This document shows positions 1 through 12,794 of a DNA stretch of 64,000 nucleotides, piece after piece. Below the pieces are notes generated by a model. The model made no database searches. It was not told the origin of the DNA and worked only from the letters and a program-made list of their open reading frames with translations. Position 1 is the stretch's first letter. Every line of letters starts with the position of its first letter. The translations under genes were made by a program, and so were the position numbers. The DNA is from Bugula neritina. Lineage: Eukaryota > Animalia > Bryozoa. The stretch lies in assembly GCA_964035545.1 (NCBI GenBank), contig OZ037772.1:1302001-1366000 (forward strand), in the 5' to 3' direction.

Positions 1-1499
1 CTTCTGGTAGAAACAGGCATTTTTTCTAAGAACTTAGTTATATAGTGTTTAAAAGTACTATGGTTTCCCAGCAAGTTTTACCTTGCTGAAATGTAACTTT
101 CCAGTGTCAGAATAGCAGGTTTGACAAAATTTCTTATTTATATACTGCTATAATAGTAACAGAGAAAATTATCTGTTCCTGCAATTACTTCTACTAAGGT
201 CTAGAGGGAGAGTGCATCCCTATAATTATGCAAAAGATAATAGACTCCCTGTAGTTCTGGGCCAATTTTCTTTTCATCTTCATAATAATCAGGAAGCTTA
301 AGTAAGCTTAAAAGTTTTTGATTTACTAAAAATGGCTGCCAAGAGTTGAAATTTAGTTTGAACCTTATAAAAAAATCTTGGAATTAGCCAACTTCCAAAG
401 CACTGTCATAATTATAAATTCTTTTGAAGAAGTTTACCCTCAAATACTGTACAATAAAAAAAAATCTTCAAGCTAGCTGTTCCATTTTTCTTGGTTTTGT
501 GTTATCTCAGTACATGCAAAGTTTATAGTCTCTATGAGAGACCTTTTTCAACTGACTGAGCATAATAGCTGAAAATTTTGTCTGCTGTCCCTACAACGGG
601 AACTTTTATAATAGGAGATGTTAAGAAATGCTTGCAGCTTACTTTTGCGACTATAAATATTAGACCCTGTAGCATATAAGACACCAAGTTTCATTCACAA
701 TAAACCTAATGGGAATCAAGAGATATTAAATTCAAAGTTATTACCACATATTATTGAAAATTATCTATACATGTCTTACTCTTTTTTGTGTAGGTAGTCA
801 TATTATATGACCAGCAAGAAATTTAGATTTTGATATTCACCCATTGCGTGAACAATATTTTTTCTAACTGAATTATTTTACTTGAAAAATTTCCAAAACA
901 GGGAAACCAATTCAGCAACTAGTTCTAAAGTTTGAAAAAGGCATGTAGCACCAGTGCTACACTGGTCGTCTGTCTCTAAGAGTAACAATTCAGTTTAATT
1001 CCAATTGGCAACTCCCCTCCATATAAACTCCAAACAATATATTCTACTTTAACTGGTATATTTAAAAACATTAGAAAATAAAAATCACATTTTTTATAAA
1101 TAGTATGTATAGTAATTTTCATAAAATAAGCAAGCACTTTGCTGGGAATATTTTGTTGCACGCAATTAATAGAAACTGGGGGGAACTCTGAGTATGTCTC
1201 ATGTAAACACAGTTGGAGCAAATACACCAGCTAACTGTAGAACGGCTAAATATTTGCAGCTGTAATGCCTCTGAACAATTCAACTAAAAAGTAGACATGA
1301 ATGTGGACATTGTAGCTATTTGGTAATTAGTATAATAGCTAAGCTGTGAATTTGCTCTTATCCTTACTAAGTGACAGGCAAAGTAAAAATTTAAAAGTAA
1401 GAATTTAAAGAATAAAATATTTTCATAACCTCATATCCCAATACATTAGGCCAGGAACTACGACAAATTAAAACAAATAATGGCTGTCTTTAATTTAAC

Positions 1500-3790
1500 T
1501 TTTTTGCGGCTACTTACATTTTTCTTTCATATATTGAAGAAGACACAACCATTTAGTTTAGAATTAGCAAAAGCTAGCAACTGTAAGACATGTAGTATTA
1601 ATCAAGTAGCTAACCTATTACACAGAGAACTTGACAAATAAAATTTTCTGCCTCAGCAAAAGAAGTTTAAGTTTTTTACCACCATGTCTCGATAAATGCT
1701 TAAATATTTTATGTGTATAAACACTTAAAGTAAGTTTGTGATTTGAAATTAATGGCAAAAGGTTAGACTCAACTAATTGACTATTGCCTTTCTTGGCCTG
1801 GGCCAAGGCTAAACAACTTATACTACTAAAAGTTTGTGGAGAACTCGAACAGCTGACAAATTAAGTAATTTTAGAGGTAATGGTTTTCATTATAAAGTTG
1901 ATAACAGGTTCCAACCTTAAAGAGATACACAAAGGGCTACATAAGGGCAATGACAACTACAATAAGTATAACATAGGACATGAAGTTTGAAGCAATTCTG
2001 ATGGCAATTCCCCAAGAATCAATATTATACTAAACAAATGTAAACTTTGAACACATCTCTTTAACTTGCTGAAACTGCATACCAGCAAGAAATCTTTTAA
2101 CGAAGATAAATTGCATTTTGTAAAACTGTTCACTGTTACCGTGCAGCTGTGACTGAATAAGGAAACATAGAGCAAGCCATTTTCTGTAAAACTAATCATC
2201 GATAAAGTACAGAATAAGTCATGAAAAGTTGTACAATTTTGTATTTTATACCGAAAAAAGTTTTCTTTAGTTAAATTATTATTTTAGTTGTTGAAAGAAC
2301 AACTGTTATATTGACTCTAATAGTTTCACTTGAAGCTTTCCTGCAGTGTAGCAGTGCTTGTTCTATTCATTCAGTCAGTTACTTAACTGTTATTTAAAGT
2401 CAGTCAACAACTAAAGTTACTAGTCTGTAGGCTGTTCTATTTACTCTAGGGCCTAGGCTTTAAAAATGAAGAACTTCATTCTCTACCATCTAACACTTGT
2501 AACCTATTGATAGTCCAGGGTGCTTTGCTTGCCATACTCTGGCTTACAGACAGAGGATTAAAATTGCTTTTTATTACTGGGTACCTGTTATATTTTGCTC
2601 TTACAAGATAAATAAGTTTTAAAATATGCTAAAAGTATAAAAAGTATAAAAACATTTTTAATGGTAGCACCATACATTGTTGTCCAGTTTGTATCTCTAT
2701 CCTAATATTTTGCGTTATTATTATTGTTATCAATTTGTGAAAAGAGGTACTGAGAAAGCTTTTTATGAAACTTTGAAACATTTACCCCATACACAACTTA
2801 CTGGATTGCTCTGTATCACCGTAGGCTGGCGGTAAAGTTAGCCAAAATTGCTTATTTTGAAGTCTAGCTTTTGTGAAAATTGGCAAGCTTTAGTTAATAA
2901 CCTGTAATTATATAGCCAAGTTATTTAATTAAGATTTAAAGTAGCATTGTGTTACACACAATAGTTTCGGAAAACAATTGAAAGAAAAGTTCAATAATAT
3001 ATTACTAAAATACCAGGAAAGTCTTGCTGATGTTTATAAAGCATGCATTAAACGGACTGTATTTCAATGGAAGATGTCTTACACATTGTAGAGGAAAAGT
3101 TGTCTACTTGCCTTAGTTTACAAGGCTATAGCATAAACAAAAAACAAAAAAATTAGGAAGAAATTTGGTGCTTGTCATAAATATTATGTTAATTTGTCTC
3201 TCTAGCATTAGGACAAAAAGAGAGATAAACCAGTTGCTCATATTGTGAGATTGTGCATAAACTGCTATATACTAGCTTACGAATTGTTGAGTGCCAATAT
3301 TTAAATTATCAATAAATTTATGCTAGGTAAGGCCAGTAAGAAAATTTAGTTTACCAGTGGTAACTTATATATTTTGACTGCTAGAAAGTTTAACTGCATT
3401 AACAAATAAGCCTCCTTATGCTGTGTAAGATTAAATAAAAAGTACATAAAAGCAGTAACAAAGACAAGTTCTGAAACATCTGCTCTTGCAAACAAAATGC
3501 CTAATTGCTAAGTGTTGGAAGCAGTTTCGAAGAAGCTTGTATATTATACCACTAATTGTTAACATTCAACCTATAAGTTACTGCTAAAAATTGAAAAAAA
3601 ATTCAAGGCACATTCAGAAGCTTGCTAATATATTTCTTTTAAAGCTATTGCAATTAAAGAGTAATTTGTAGTGTAACGGCTGGATTTCTAGCCCACAAAA
3701 AGTTTCAATAGCTTATAAAAGGGGAGACAACAGACGTGCCTCACCCGCCTGCCACAGACCTGTGTCACTTGCAGTAAATGGTAAATAATA
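1500..3790 (+). mobile_element. Highly degenerate Ty3/Gypsy-like LTR retrotransposon pol remnant with possible start of the 3' LTR
   Basis: Fragments in the order RT-RNaseH-IN across frameshifts and stops: YIEED (~1530, cf. YxDD), LDKC (~1690), TADKLSNFRGNGFHY (~1850, cf. TxKxLxxFLGxxxYY), EAFLQCSSAC (~2330, cf. DASxxGxGA), LLAILW (~2525), IVEEKLSTCLSLQ (~3090), LLE/FNC (~3380, cf. ERFNR), HSTY (~3565). These are followed by TGTAACG at 3672 and a TATAAAAGG at ~3714. Each motif is weak; the order is the main support. Confidence 0.35.
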
Positions 3791-3839
3791 TTATAATGAG
3801 TGTTAATGAGAGATGAGCTCCATTACATATGAATGTTAT

Positions 3840-4145
3840 TAATTACATTTAATTTGGTTCTCACAAGGGATAAATAGAAGTTATAAAATCTTACTCATGG
3901 GGTCCAACTATGTGGAGCAAGTTTAACATTGGCTAATCTTCTTTGTTCTCAGCAGTGATTACTAGTGGATACAATACTGCATTGAATTATTCTGAACTTG
4001 TTTAAATAAATACTTGGTATAGTAGAAAAATTATAAATTTTGTTTTAGGATTTAAACTTTGAAATATAATAGATATGCAATTACAAAGTAATTCTAAAAC
4101 CCGATTCCATTTCTAGATGTGTAATATATGTTCTACAATTACAGT
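3840..4145 (+). mobile_element. Decayed internal copy of the hAT MITE family found at 11606-12794, lacking its nested insertion
   Basis: ttctcacaagggataaatagaagt...gggtccaactat...ttgttctcagcagtgat matches 11769-11862, and tgaacttg...gatttaaactttgaa...caattaca matches 12545-12690. No intact termini are visible. Confidence 0.6.
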
Positions 4146-4694
4146 TTTATACAATTCCTCAGCCAATCAGATCAGCTCAAGTGATGCACCAATAATATAT
4201 CACACTGTTGACTTGAGAAAACAGGTGCTACAGCAGGAGCCCTGCACCATCACTGGGCAATCTGACATGAGCTCACGGGTTTCCTCTTGCACTGCTATGT
4301 GTAAAGTAACAGTCTTCTTTTATACAATATTAAGCTGTTAGTTTAGCATATAACTTGTCTCTATGGTTTTATATTATAGTTTATAAGACCATGCCTCTCA
4401 TGTATGTTTCCAACATGGAGATAATTTGGCATGTAATAATATGCTCCTGGCTTTTTTGGCATCACCAGGAATGCTGACAGGCTTTGATATATTATATTAT
4501 TAATCCATTTATTGCAAGACATAATAACCTGTACACCTTTTGTTTTGAGTATATTATTACAAGAACAAGTTGTGTTTTTGATTGCATTTTATTTGACTTA
4601 TTTGTAAATTCAACAATAAATACCAATTGGTGCCATGTTAATGATGTCGAGCTTCCTTGTAAGTCTTCTTGTCTGTAAAGGAAAAGAATTATAA

Positions 4695-4697
<3 letters not shown>

Positions 4698-4791
<94 letters not shown>
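4698..4791. repeat. (AT)n microsatellite
   Basis: About 46 uninterrupted AT units. Confidence 0.97.
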
Positions 4792-4792
<1 letters not shown>

Positions 4793-6647
4793 CTATACAG
4801 CTATACAGCTATAAACATGCTCGTACATAAAGAAAATAACATTCATGCAACTAGTAGTAAATACTGTTTAGTATAAGCTTCTACTAATTTTGCTATGGTA
4901 TGTAGCTGCATTATAATAAATAGCGAGTGAGTATACACTACTAAATGAATTGGTGGAGATCACAAAGCACTTTATAGTCGTTTATGCAAAAAAATTTCAG
5001 TCCAATATATGAAAGTTATAAAAATTATTTTAGAGAGAACACACACTAACCGAAAGCCAATTTGTTTTCAATAAAGTATATCATAGACCTGCATACTTTG
5101 TGCAGGAAAGAAGAGAGAGCCACAAAGGAAGAGCCACGTCTACCATGTCCAATGAAAACAGACCTGTCATACTAAGTAGCTACAGACCTGCTATACCAGA
5201 TAAAAACAAACCTGCCATATTGCACAAAACTGAACCTGCAGTACTGAGCAAAGAGCAACCAATCAAATATTCCAAGCAAAGAGAAAACAATTCAGCATTG
5301 TGGGAAAACCTCCCCAGGGGGATCAGCAAACTCCGACAGCTGGTCAAAGTTTTAGCTACAGAAAAGGAAGAATTGCCGAGTATTGTGATGATTCAGTGAG
5401 GAAAACCGCATGCTTACCTTGTTCTGGTAACCACTACACAACTGTGAAGAGAAAGGGCTGTAAAGCTACACAGCTTTGAGAGATTTCTCATACAGACAGC
5501 TGTTCTATAGGAAGTGTTACATAAGAGTTGTGACTATTGACTATTATATACAGGGTTGTAAGGATGTGGACACAGTTTTAGGATTTATTATTTTAGGAAT
5601 CCAATACTTTAGTTATGTTATGATAGCATTAATTTAGCAGAAGCTTTGGTGGAATTTGATATAATGCTTAATTACTACTCAAAGCAGAATAGTTTAGTAT
5701 TTTTTTTAAAAAGAACATAATATTATATTTGTATTTTCTTATAAATAAATGTTTATTATACATGCCGGTCATAAAAGTCAATTCATTATATGGTATACTA
5801 AAATTACATCTGTAAATAAACATGTGCATGCTGCAGCTGAAGAATAAAAATAGAATGAGAAGGAAACAAAACGTATTCAACTGGATGAGTCATCAGATGA
5901 CATTGCTGTATAAAATGACGGATTAGGAAAAAGAAAGCCTGTGGAAACAAAGCAACACTGAACTACAACATGGCTAACAAATACCAGGTCAGCAGAAATA
6001 ATATCATATTCAATAAATAAAATACCAAGAGGTGTAAAATGTCAATATAAGTACACATAGAAAAAATAGGTGATATACAGAATAAAAACTAACAGTTTAA
6101 TATTGATAAAGCTTTTCAATTTCACACAAACATAATATCTTTACAAGGCATTATTGTATATATAACTATTTGTATTAGGAGAGAGAAACAATATAATTTA
6201 GTATGCTCACATGGAACTATAGAAGGAAATGTCAGCTAGAAGAGGAAGGAAATGGAGGTGAAGGCCAGCACCACAATGTCAAGGTCAACTGGAAGAAAGT
6301 AGTTTTAGGTCACGACTTGTCATTCTTAAACATGGCGGCTAGTTTGAGCATACTTTTGGACTAGAAGAGGAAGGAGGCGAGGAGACCACAGAGCTTTCTG
6401 GGGAGGGAGGTAAAACACGCTTCAGCTACAAAGCAAGAGTTGAAAACAGAAATAATTGGAAAAAGTTGAAATTTTACTCAATTTGATCAAAAATGAACAG
6501 ATATTAATAAAAAGATTCTACAGATTCCAACGCTGCTATGCCAGGACAACTATAGCATATTATAATTATATTATCACCTCATTATATAATAATCATATTA
6601 TATAATATATTATATTGTTTATATGCCATATTATCATTATATTATAT

Positions 6648-7114
6648 TATAATCATACTATATTATAAATATGGTATATTATTATATTATACTATCCATG
6701 TACATGACTTGCACCAAGTAGATGTTCCACTTCATTTCTCTACTGACTGTTGCAGTTCTAACTAGTCATTCTTTATTTGATTAAACTTTCATCATCACAA
6801 TTTTATATACTTAATTCTAACTCTCCCCAGGAAGGGTAATAGAGGTATGTTAAACATTGTTTTGCAACAATTTTGTAATTTTTGTATGTTTCATTTTTCT
6901 TTCAATAATGTCTTTATTGTTAAATCGTATTATTGTGTTATTGTAGTTTCACGTTGGTTTCCAGTTAGTTAAATAAATATCAGCAAAACTCCAGCAGTGC
7001 AACCTGTTATCAATAAACTGGGGTAGACGTTACAATATTATAATCATACTATGTTATAAATATGGTATATTATTATATTATACTATCAATGTAAATGACT
7101 TGCACCAAGTAGAT
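6648..7114. repeat. Pair of ~76-bp direct repeats (6648-6724 and 7039-7114)
   Basis: tataatcatactat(a/g)ttataaatatggtatattattatattatactatc(c/a)atgta(c/a)atgacttgcaccaagtagatg occurs twice. Confidence 0.85.
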
Positions 7115-9891
7115 GCCAAACGTTACCTTTTCTGTGTTGGCAACTTGGGGCAGAACTCTTTTGGGTGGAAGGTCTGAAATAGATGGGGAAGAGATGATTC
7201 ACCGCCCCTAGCAGAGGCGTGATGTCAAGAGAAGAATCCGAGGCTAAGTTACGACAACTTCTTCTCATGGTGTTGGCGGCTTTGAGAAAGATAGCTCTGT
7301 CGTACTCCTTGCCTGAAGACAGGAAACGATCATTGTACTTCCATAAAGGAAACGTACATGAACTGTATCAGAAGCTCAAACTAACGTCTGTTAATAGTAT
7401 TGGAAGATGTAACAATCTTAATGAGAATTAAAGGCTCTATTAATAGTAATCATTAGATATCTGAATTTGAATTGTGGGAGGCTAACGCACTCACCCTGAG
7501 TAAACATCAGTTTGAACAGAGCACTGAGGTTATCTCCAATACTGTTGAGACTAGCTATAGCCTGGGAGCACATATCATATTGCAGGCACGGGTCTATGTC
7601 GGTAGGTTTCCTCTTTAGCGTGGCAGTTGCCGGCACCTGCACAACATAAAATAACTACCACCTGCTATTCGTTGACATATGTGAGACCAGTTGCTAGTGA
7701 CATCAAATGACAGGTACTCGGTTAGCAAATTTATACAAATATGAGAGTTCTACTGTCACTTGATCAAAGATTGCGACACTCTTCGCCTAGTGTGACTCAT
7801 AAATTATATATGACTTAGGCTAGCAGGTGAGCATGAGCTCATTTTATAAGCTATGTAGCTCAAAACTATGCAAGCATCCTACCATAAAGAGACACCACTA
7901 CACCGCACCATTAGTATGAGAGTCTTCATAAGAACTAAAGCTACACTCAAGCCCCACAAACATGATAGAATATATCGCAAACACTTACTATTGCACATAT
8001 AGTCTATGAATGAAAAGGTTGCAGCCAGCTTCTCTGTAGATGTATGGATACATTGAGCAAGGGCACCTTGGGCACACGCCATGCGCACATCTGTTGACAG
8101 CTGTCAAGTACATGACAGTACATATTGATGGACAGGTTTGAATGTAATCAACCGGGATTACTGCCAAGTTATAAAAACACAGGGTCTAAAAACTTAGATC
8201 TATTGGAGAGACTTTAAATCTTGGTGAAGAGAAAATACAACTTATCAGAAATAAGTACAGATTATTACTAACTGGTATGTATCATATAGTATGTATTACA
8301 AATATTATAAGAAAGCCTGTCTAATGCAAAAACACTAAGTGCACTTGTTATTGCTACTCTTTATGTAAATTTGATCATAACTAAAAGTATATCATAATTG
8401 TAGACAACCACATACAGTGTTATGATTGAGCTATCTTTTAAAATTATGTTAAATTCAGAGTATAGAATTTTGCAGCAAGAATACTTCAGGAAAAAAGCAT
8501 ACAATGAAAAGGCAGGACAAGTGTATTCCACCTGCTGTAAAGTGTCATAATAGAGTGACAGGTTGTGCATATAGATTACCTGCAGGAAAGTGTCAGAATG
8601 CATAGACAATGCAGCGTCTGTCATAAGACTCATGGCACCACACAGTTTGCAAAGCTCCAACACAGCTGTCAACAAACCACAGGTGCTATCATGTACCGCC
8701 TTGTCTATGTTACTCAGCAGTGCCTGCGAACAAATATGGAGATATTACTCAGGAAATGAGCAGAATTCTTTTTATTTCAGAGATTTTTAAATATATTCTT
8801 ACATTAACAAAGGCATAAATTTTGAACATCTACATAAAATATTGGAGATATGTTAACTTTTTCTGCAACATCTGTAAGTTAAACAGCAAAAAACAAGTTT
8901 CTACTCAACATAAAATGTCAACCATTGGACAATCACCCCCATGAATTGAATGATGAGCCTGGATATCTTATTGCTGAGCTGTGACATTCTCTGCACAGTG
9001 TCTGCAAGGTGCTTGAGTCAATATCATCACACATACTGGAGCACAGCTGGCACTGTTCCAACAACACCTCCGATGAGGTCACCAGTTGCAGACAACACGC
9101 CCCTGTAGCTTCTTGACACTGGGAATCTTCTGGCTCTATAAGTTTGTATCATGAGGATATATTTAATATGATGTAATGTGATTATATGGAGTTGTCATCA
9201 CAATACAAAATAGTGATAGTTTTGAGCAACAAGTCTTATATTATTATATGAACTTATGGAGAAATAGCATCTTGGGAACATAGGCTTTACATTACTACAT
9301 TACCATACATACACATGTATAACAGAAGTTGATTAAAATATTTGTATATTCCTATCCTAAAGATTTAAATATTTTTCAAGTCAGTTGGGTTTTACCTTTT
9401 ATATGTACACTGTTCAGTGGAATGCTTCTTTTAAACAAACAAAGTGTTATTTAAACTCATTAATTTTAGTTGCCGAGGGAGATAAAGTTGCAGATAGTTT
9501 CTTTTCCTTTCAGATAAAACGTGTTACATATGCACATGAATATGTTCAACTGATGATAGCAATTAAAATACAAATACCTTGCAACATAAGATAGCCCAAC
9601 ACCTGCAAAATACTGCTTACAATAGAATTTGCAGTTCTAACTGTAATATTGAGTCTACCCTGTGGAGTAATGGTAGCAAGCCAGCGGGTGAAAAGTTTTT
9701 AATTGAGTTTTGGGTTTAAAAAGAAATTAGGACTCACCTGCTGACACTGCCTTGTAGCTCTCCAGAATGCTGCCAGCAGAGATTCTACCCAACTCACACT
9801 GCCGCAGTATGCAGTCAAACACCTTCCTGCTCCCTGCATTGGTTGCTATAAACAGTACAGAGCTACACGTATGAGATAAGAGTGGACTAAC

Positions 9892-10126
9892 AGAGACAGG
9901 GAGAGAGAGGGAGAGAGAGGGAGAGAGAGGGGGGGAGAGGGAGGGAGAGGGAGGGAGATGGAGGGAGAGAGAGGGAGGGAGAGGGAGGGAGAGGGAGGGA
10001 GAGGGAGGAAGAGGGAGAGAGAGGGAGGGAGAGGGAGAGGCAGGGAGGGAGAGGGACGGAGAGGGAGGGAGAGAGAGGGAGAGAGAGAGAGAGGGAGAGA
10101 GGGAGAGAGGGAGAGAGAGAGAGAGG

Positions 10127-10161
<35 letters not shown>

Positions 10162-10230
10162 AGATAGAGAGGGAGAGAGAGAGGGAGAGAAAGGGAGAGA
10201 GAGAGGGAGAGAGAGGGAGAGAGAGAGAGG
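9892..10230. repeat. Polypurine (GA/GGA-rich) simple repeat
   Basis: ~340 bp almost entirely G and A on the plus strand. It is the source of the spurious ORFs 9727-10239 (5' part), 9887-10252 and 9958-10167. Confidence 0.95.
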
Positions 10231-10496
10231 ACAGATCAACAGTTACTGGCATCTGAATTTCCCCACACTTCTCACCTGTTCTGTGATCTTCACCTTGATC
10301 TCTTCCAACTTGTTGTGACTTGGTAACCTGCTGTCTCCACTGTTGAAATCTGGTCTTATACCCTCACTCTCATTGGACGAGCCGTTAGCCAATAACGTGT
10401 GAGCAAATGGTGTGTTGGTGTTTAATGCTGAGTTATTACTAGTGTTTATTGCTGACTGAGAGAGATTCGGCCTCAACTACAAAACATAACAGGATA

Positions 10497-10935
10497 ATCT
10501 ACAGTACAAGGAGAGGATCTACAGTACAAGGAGAGGATCTACAGTACAAAGAGAAGATCTACAGTACAAGGAGAGAATCTACAGTACAAGGAGAAGATCT
10601 ACAGTACAAGGAGAAGATCTACAATACAAAGAGGGGATCTACAGTACAAGGAGAGAATCTACAGTACAAGGAGAGGATCTACAGTACAAGGAGAGGATCT
10701 ACAGTACAAGGAGAGAATCTACAGTACAAGGAGAAGATCTACAGTACAAGGAGAGGATCTACAGTACAAGGAGAAGATCTACAATACAAAGAGGGGATCT
10801 ACAGTACAAGGAGAGGATCTACAGTACAAGGAGAAGATCTACAGTACAAGGAGAAGATCTACAGTACAAGGAGAGGATCTACAGTACAAGGAGAAGATCT
10901 ACAGTACAAGGAGAAGATCTACAGTACAAAGAGAG
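10497..10935. repeat. 20-bp minisatellite, ~22 copies
   Basis: Unit atctacagtacaaggaga(g/a)g; explains ORF 10449-10979. Confidence 0.95.
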
Positions 10936-11315
10936 GGGGAATTATTTTCAACATGAAGAGTGTAAGCAAGTTCCAATAACAAGAAGCTAAACATTTGCCA
11001 ACTTTGAGTCCTCTAACAGCTGCAAGGCCATCTTAAGCTTTTACCTAAACAAATGATGCCTAAGAACTTTTTAATCCCCACCCCAGAAAGAAACCTTGTG
11101 TCCATCACCTGTAAGACACACCATGTTTCTAATGTATTCCTTAGCTACAGTTTCACAAGAGAATGGATACTCTACCAGACGTGTGTATGATATGTGAGTG
11201 GTAGAAGAGCTCACCTGGTCAGTCATTGAAAGTCGAATGAGTTCACTGGATATCACTCCGTCTGTGTCACACAGGAAGTGCTTCTTCTGAGAGTTCTGGA
11301 CCTTCGTCTTCGCTC

Positions 11316-11520
11316 CTATGGCAACAGCAGGGAGACTATTAGTTACTATAGCAACAGCAATGAAACTATTAGTTATTATAGCAACAGCAGTGAAACTATT
11401 AGTTACTATGGCAACAGCAGTGAAACTATTAGTTACTATGGCAACAGTAGAGAAACTAGTAGTTACTATGACAACAGCAGTGACACTATTAGTTACTATA
11501 GCAACAGCAGTGTAACTAGT
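11316..11520. repeat. 30-bp minisatellite, ~6.5 copies, containing the splice acceptor of exon 11215-11315
   Basis: Unit ctat(a/g)gcaacagcagtgaaactattagtta. Confidence 0.92.
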
Positions 11521-11605
11521 AGCTTAACTAACTCGTGCACAGAGCAAATATAAACATACACAGCTATAGTGTACACAGTGTAGATATAAATATACACAGC
11601 AACAC

Positions 11606-12794
11606 CAGGGTTGGGGTCAATTACATGTAAATGTAATTAATTACAATTACAATTACATGAAGATTTGTCAATTACAATTACAATTATAACTACAGTTAAA
11701 AATTAATGTAATTAATTACAATTACAATTACATGGCAATGTAATTAATTACAATTACAATTACTTTTTTCTCACAAGGAATAAATAGAAGTCACTTCTAG
11801 GGTCCAACTATAACCAGGGACAATGTTGACAGTGGTGAACATCTTTTGTTCTCAACAGTGATACTATAGGGTCATTCCATAGCAAATCAACCAACTTCCA
11901 AGGGGTCCCACATCTTTGTGTCTCAGATTTTGCTCATATTAACACTAAATGGACCTACACATGTTCAGATTACCATTCGTGAATATTTCTGGCCTGACAC
12001 AAAAACATTTTAAAAAATTACTACTTTGGTGAACAAAGCTTGGGAAATATTTTGGGAAAAATTTGTGATTTATACTTTTAGACCAATTTATAAGCGTCTA
12101 TATTTCAATCAGTTTTCTAGACTGAGCCTTAAAATTTGATAAGGCAAATATTTGAATTTCTCCCAAATTTATAAAGATTTGCCCATATTCAATGACGTTG
12201 CATATATGCACACAAAGTATTCTGTAGTATGTGTTACTGCTAGTGCAAATTGATAGGTATTATTAAATCACACAACAAATTTTAAAGCCCAGTAGAGAAA
12301 AATGATTGAGATATAAACATTTATAGATTGGTCTAAAAGTAGAAATCACTTATTTTCCTTAAAATGTTTCTCAACCTTTGTCCACAAAAGTAGTCATGTC
12401 TCAAAAAGAATTTGTGTCTTGCCAGGAATACTGAAGAAGAGTACTTGAGACATGTGTAGGTCTGTTTGGTGTAAACATGAACAAAATCTGAGACGCTAAT
12501 AGGCGCGGGCCATTCGGTGAGCTGGCATGGAATGTTGGCCTAATTGTTTGAACTTGTTATTTAACAGTAGGCACGGTAGAAAAATAAGGAGTTTTTTAAG
12601 ATTTAAAAGTTTGAAGTAATTGACATGTAATTATAAAGTAATTGTAAAAATCAATTACATTAGATATGTAATTAATTACAATTACAATTACAATTACATT
12701 TTTAAACCTCAATTACAAATTACATTCAATTACTTGAAAAAATGTAATTAATTACAACCAATTACAATTACAAATTACAATTACCCCAACCCTG
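11606..12794. mobile_element. Non-autonomous hAT-type DNA transposon
   Basis: TIR cagggttggggt...accccaaccctg; perfect 8-bp TSD agcaacac (11598-11605 and 12795-12802); subterminal (aattac)n arrays. Confidence 0.9.
11869..12540. mobile_element. TA-flanked foldback MITE (Tc1/mariner-like target) nested in the hAT element
   Basis: Imperfect ~270-bp inverted arms 11869-12138 and 12276-12540 (gggtcattcca.../...tggaatgttggcc), TA on both sides; absent from the related copy at 3840-4145. Confidence 0.75.

Noticed and set aside
5100-5399. 99-aa ORF with a loose 24-bp (8-aa) internal repeat
   Set aside because: No recognisable domain or splice context; probably decayed repeat or retroelement sequence.
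9727-10979. ORFs rich in SL/ER or STVQGEDLQYKE
   Set aside because: Products of the GA tract and the 20-bp array; only 9738-9845 and 10276-10476 (minus) look like real exons.
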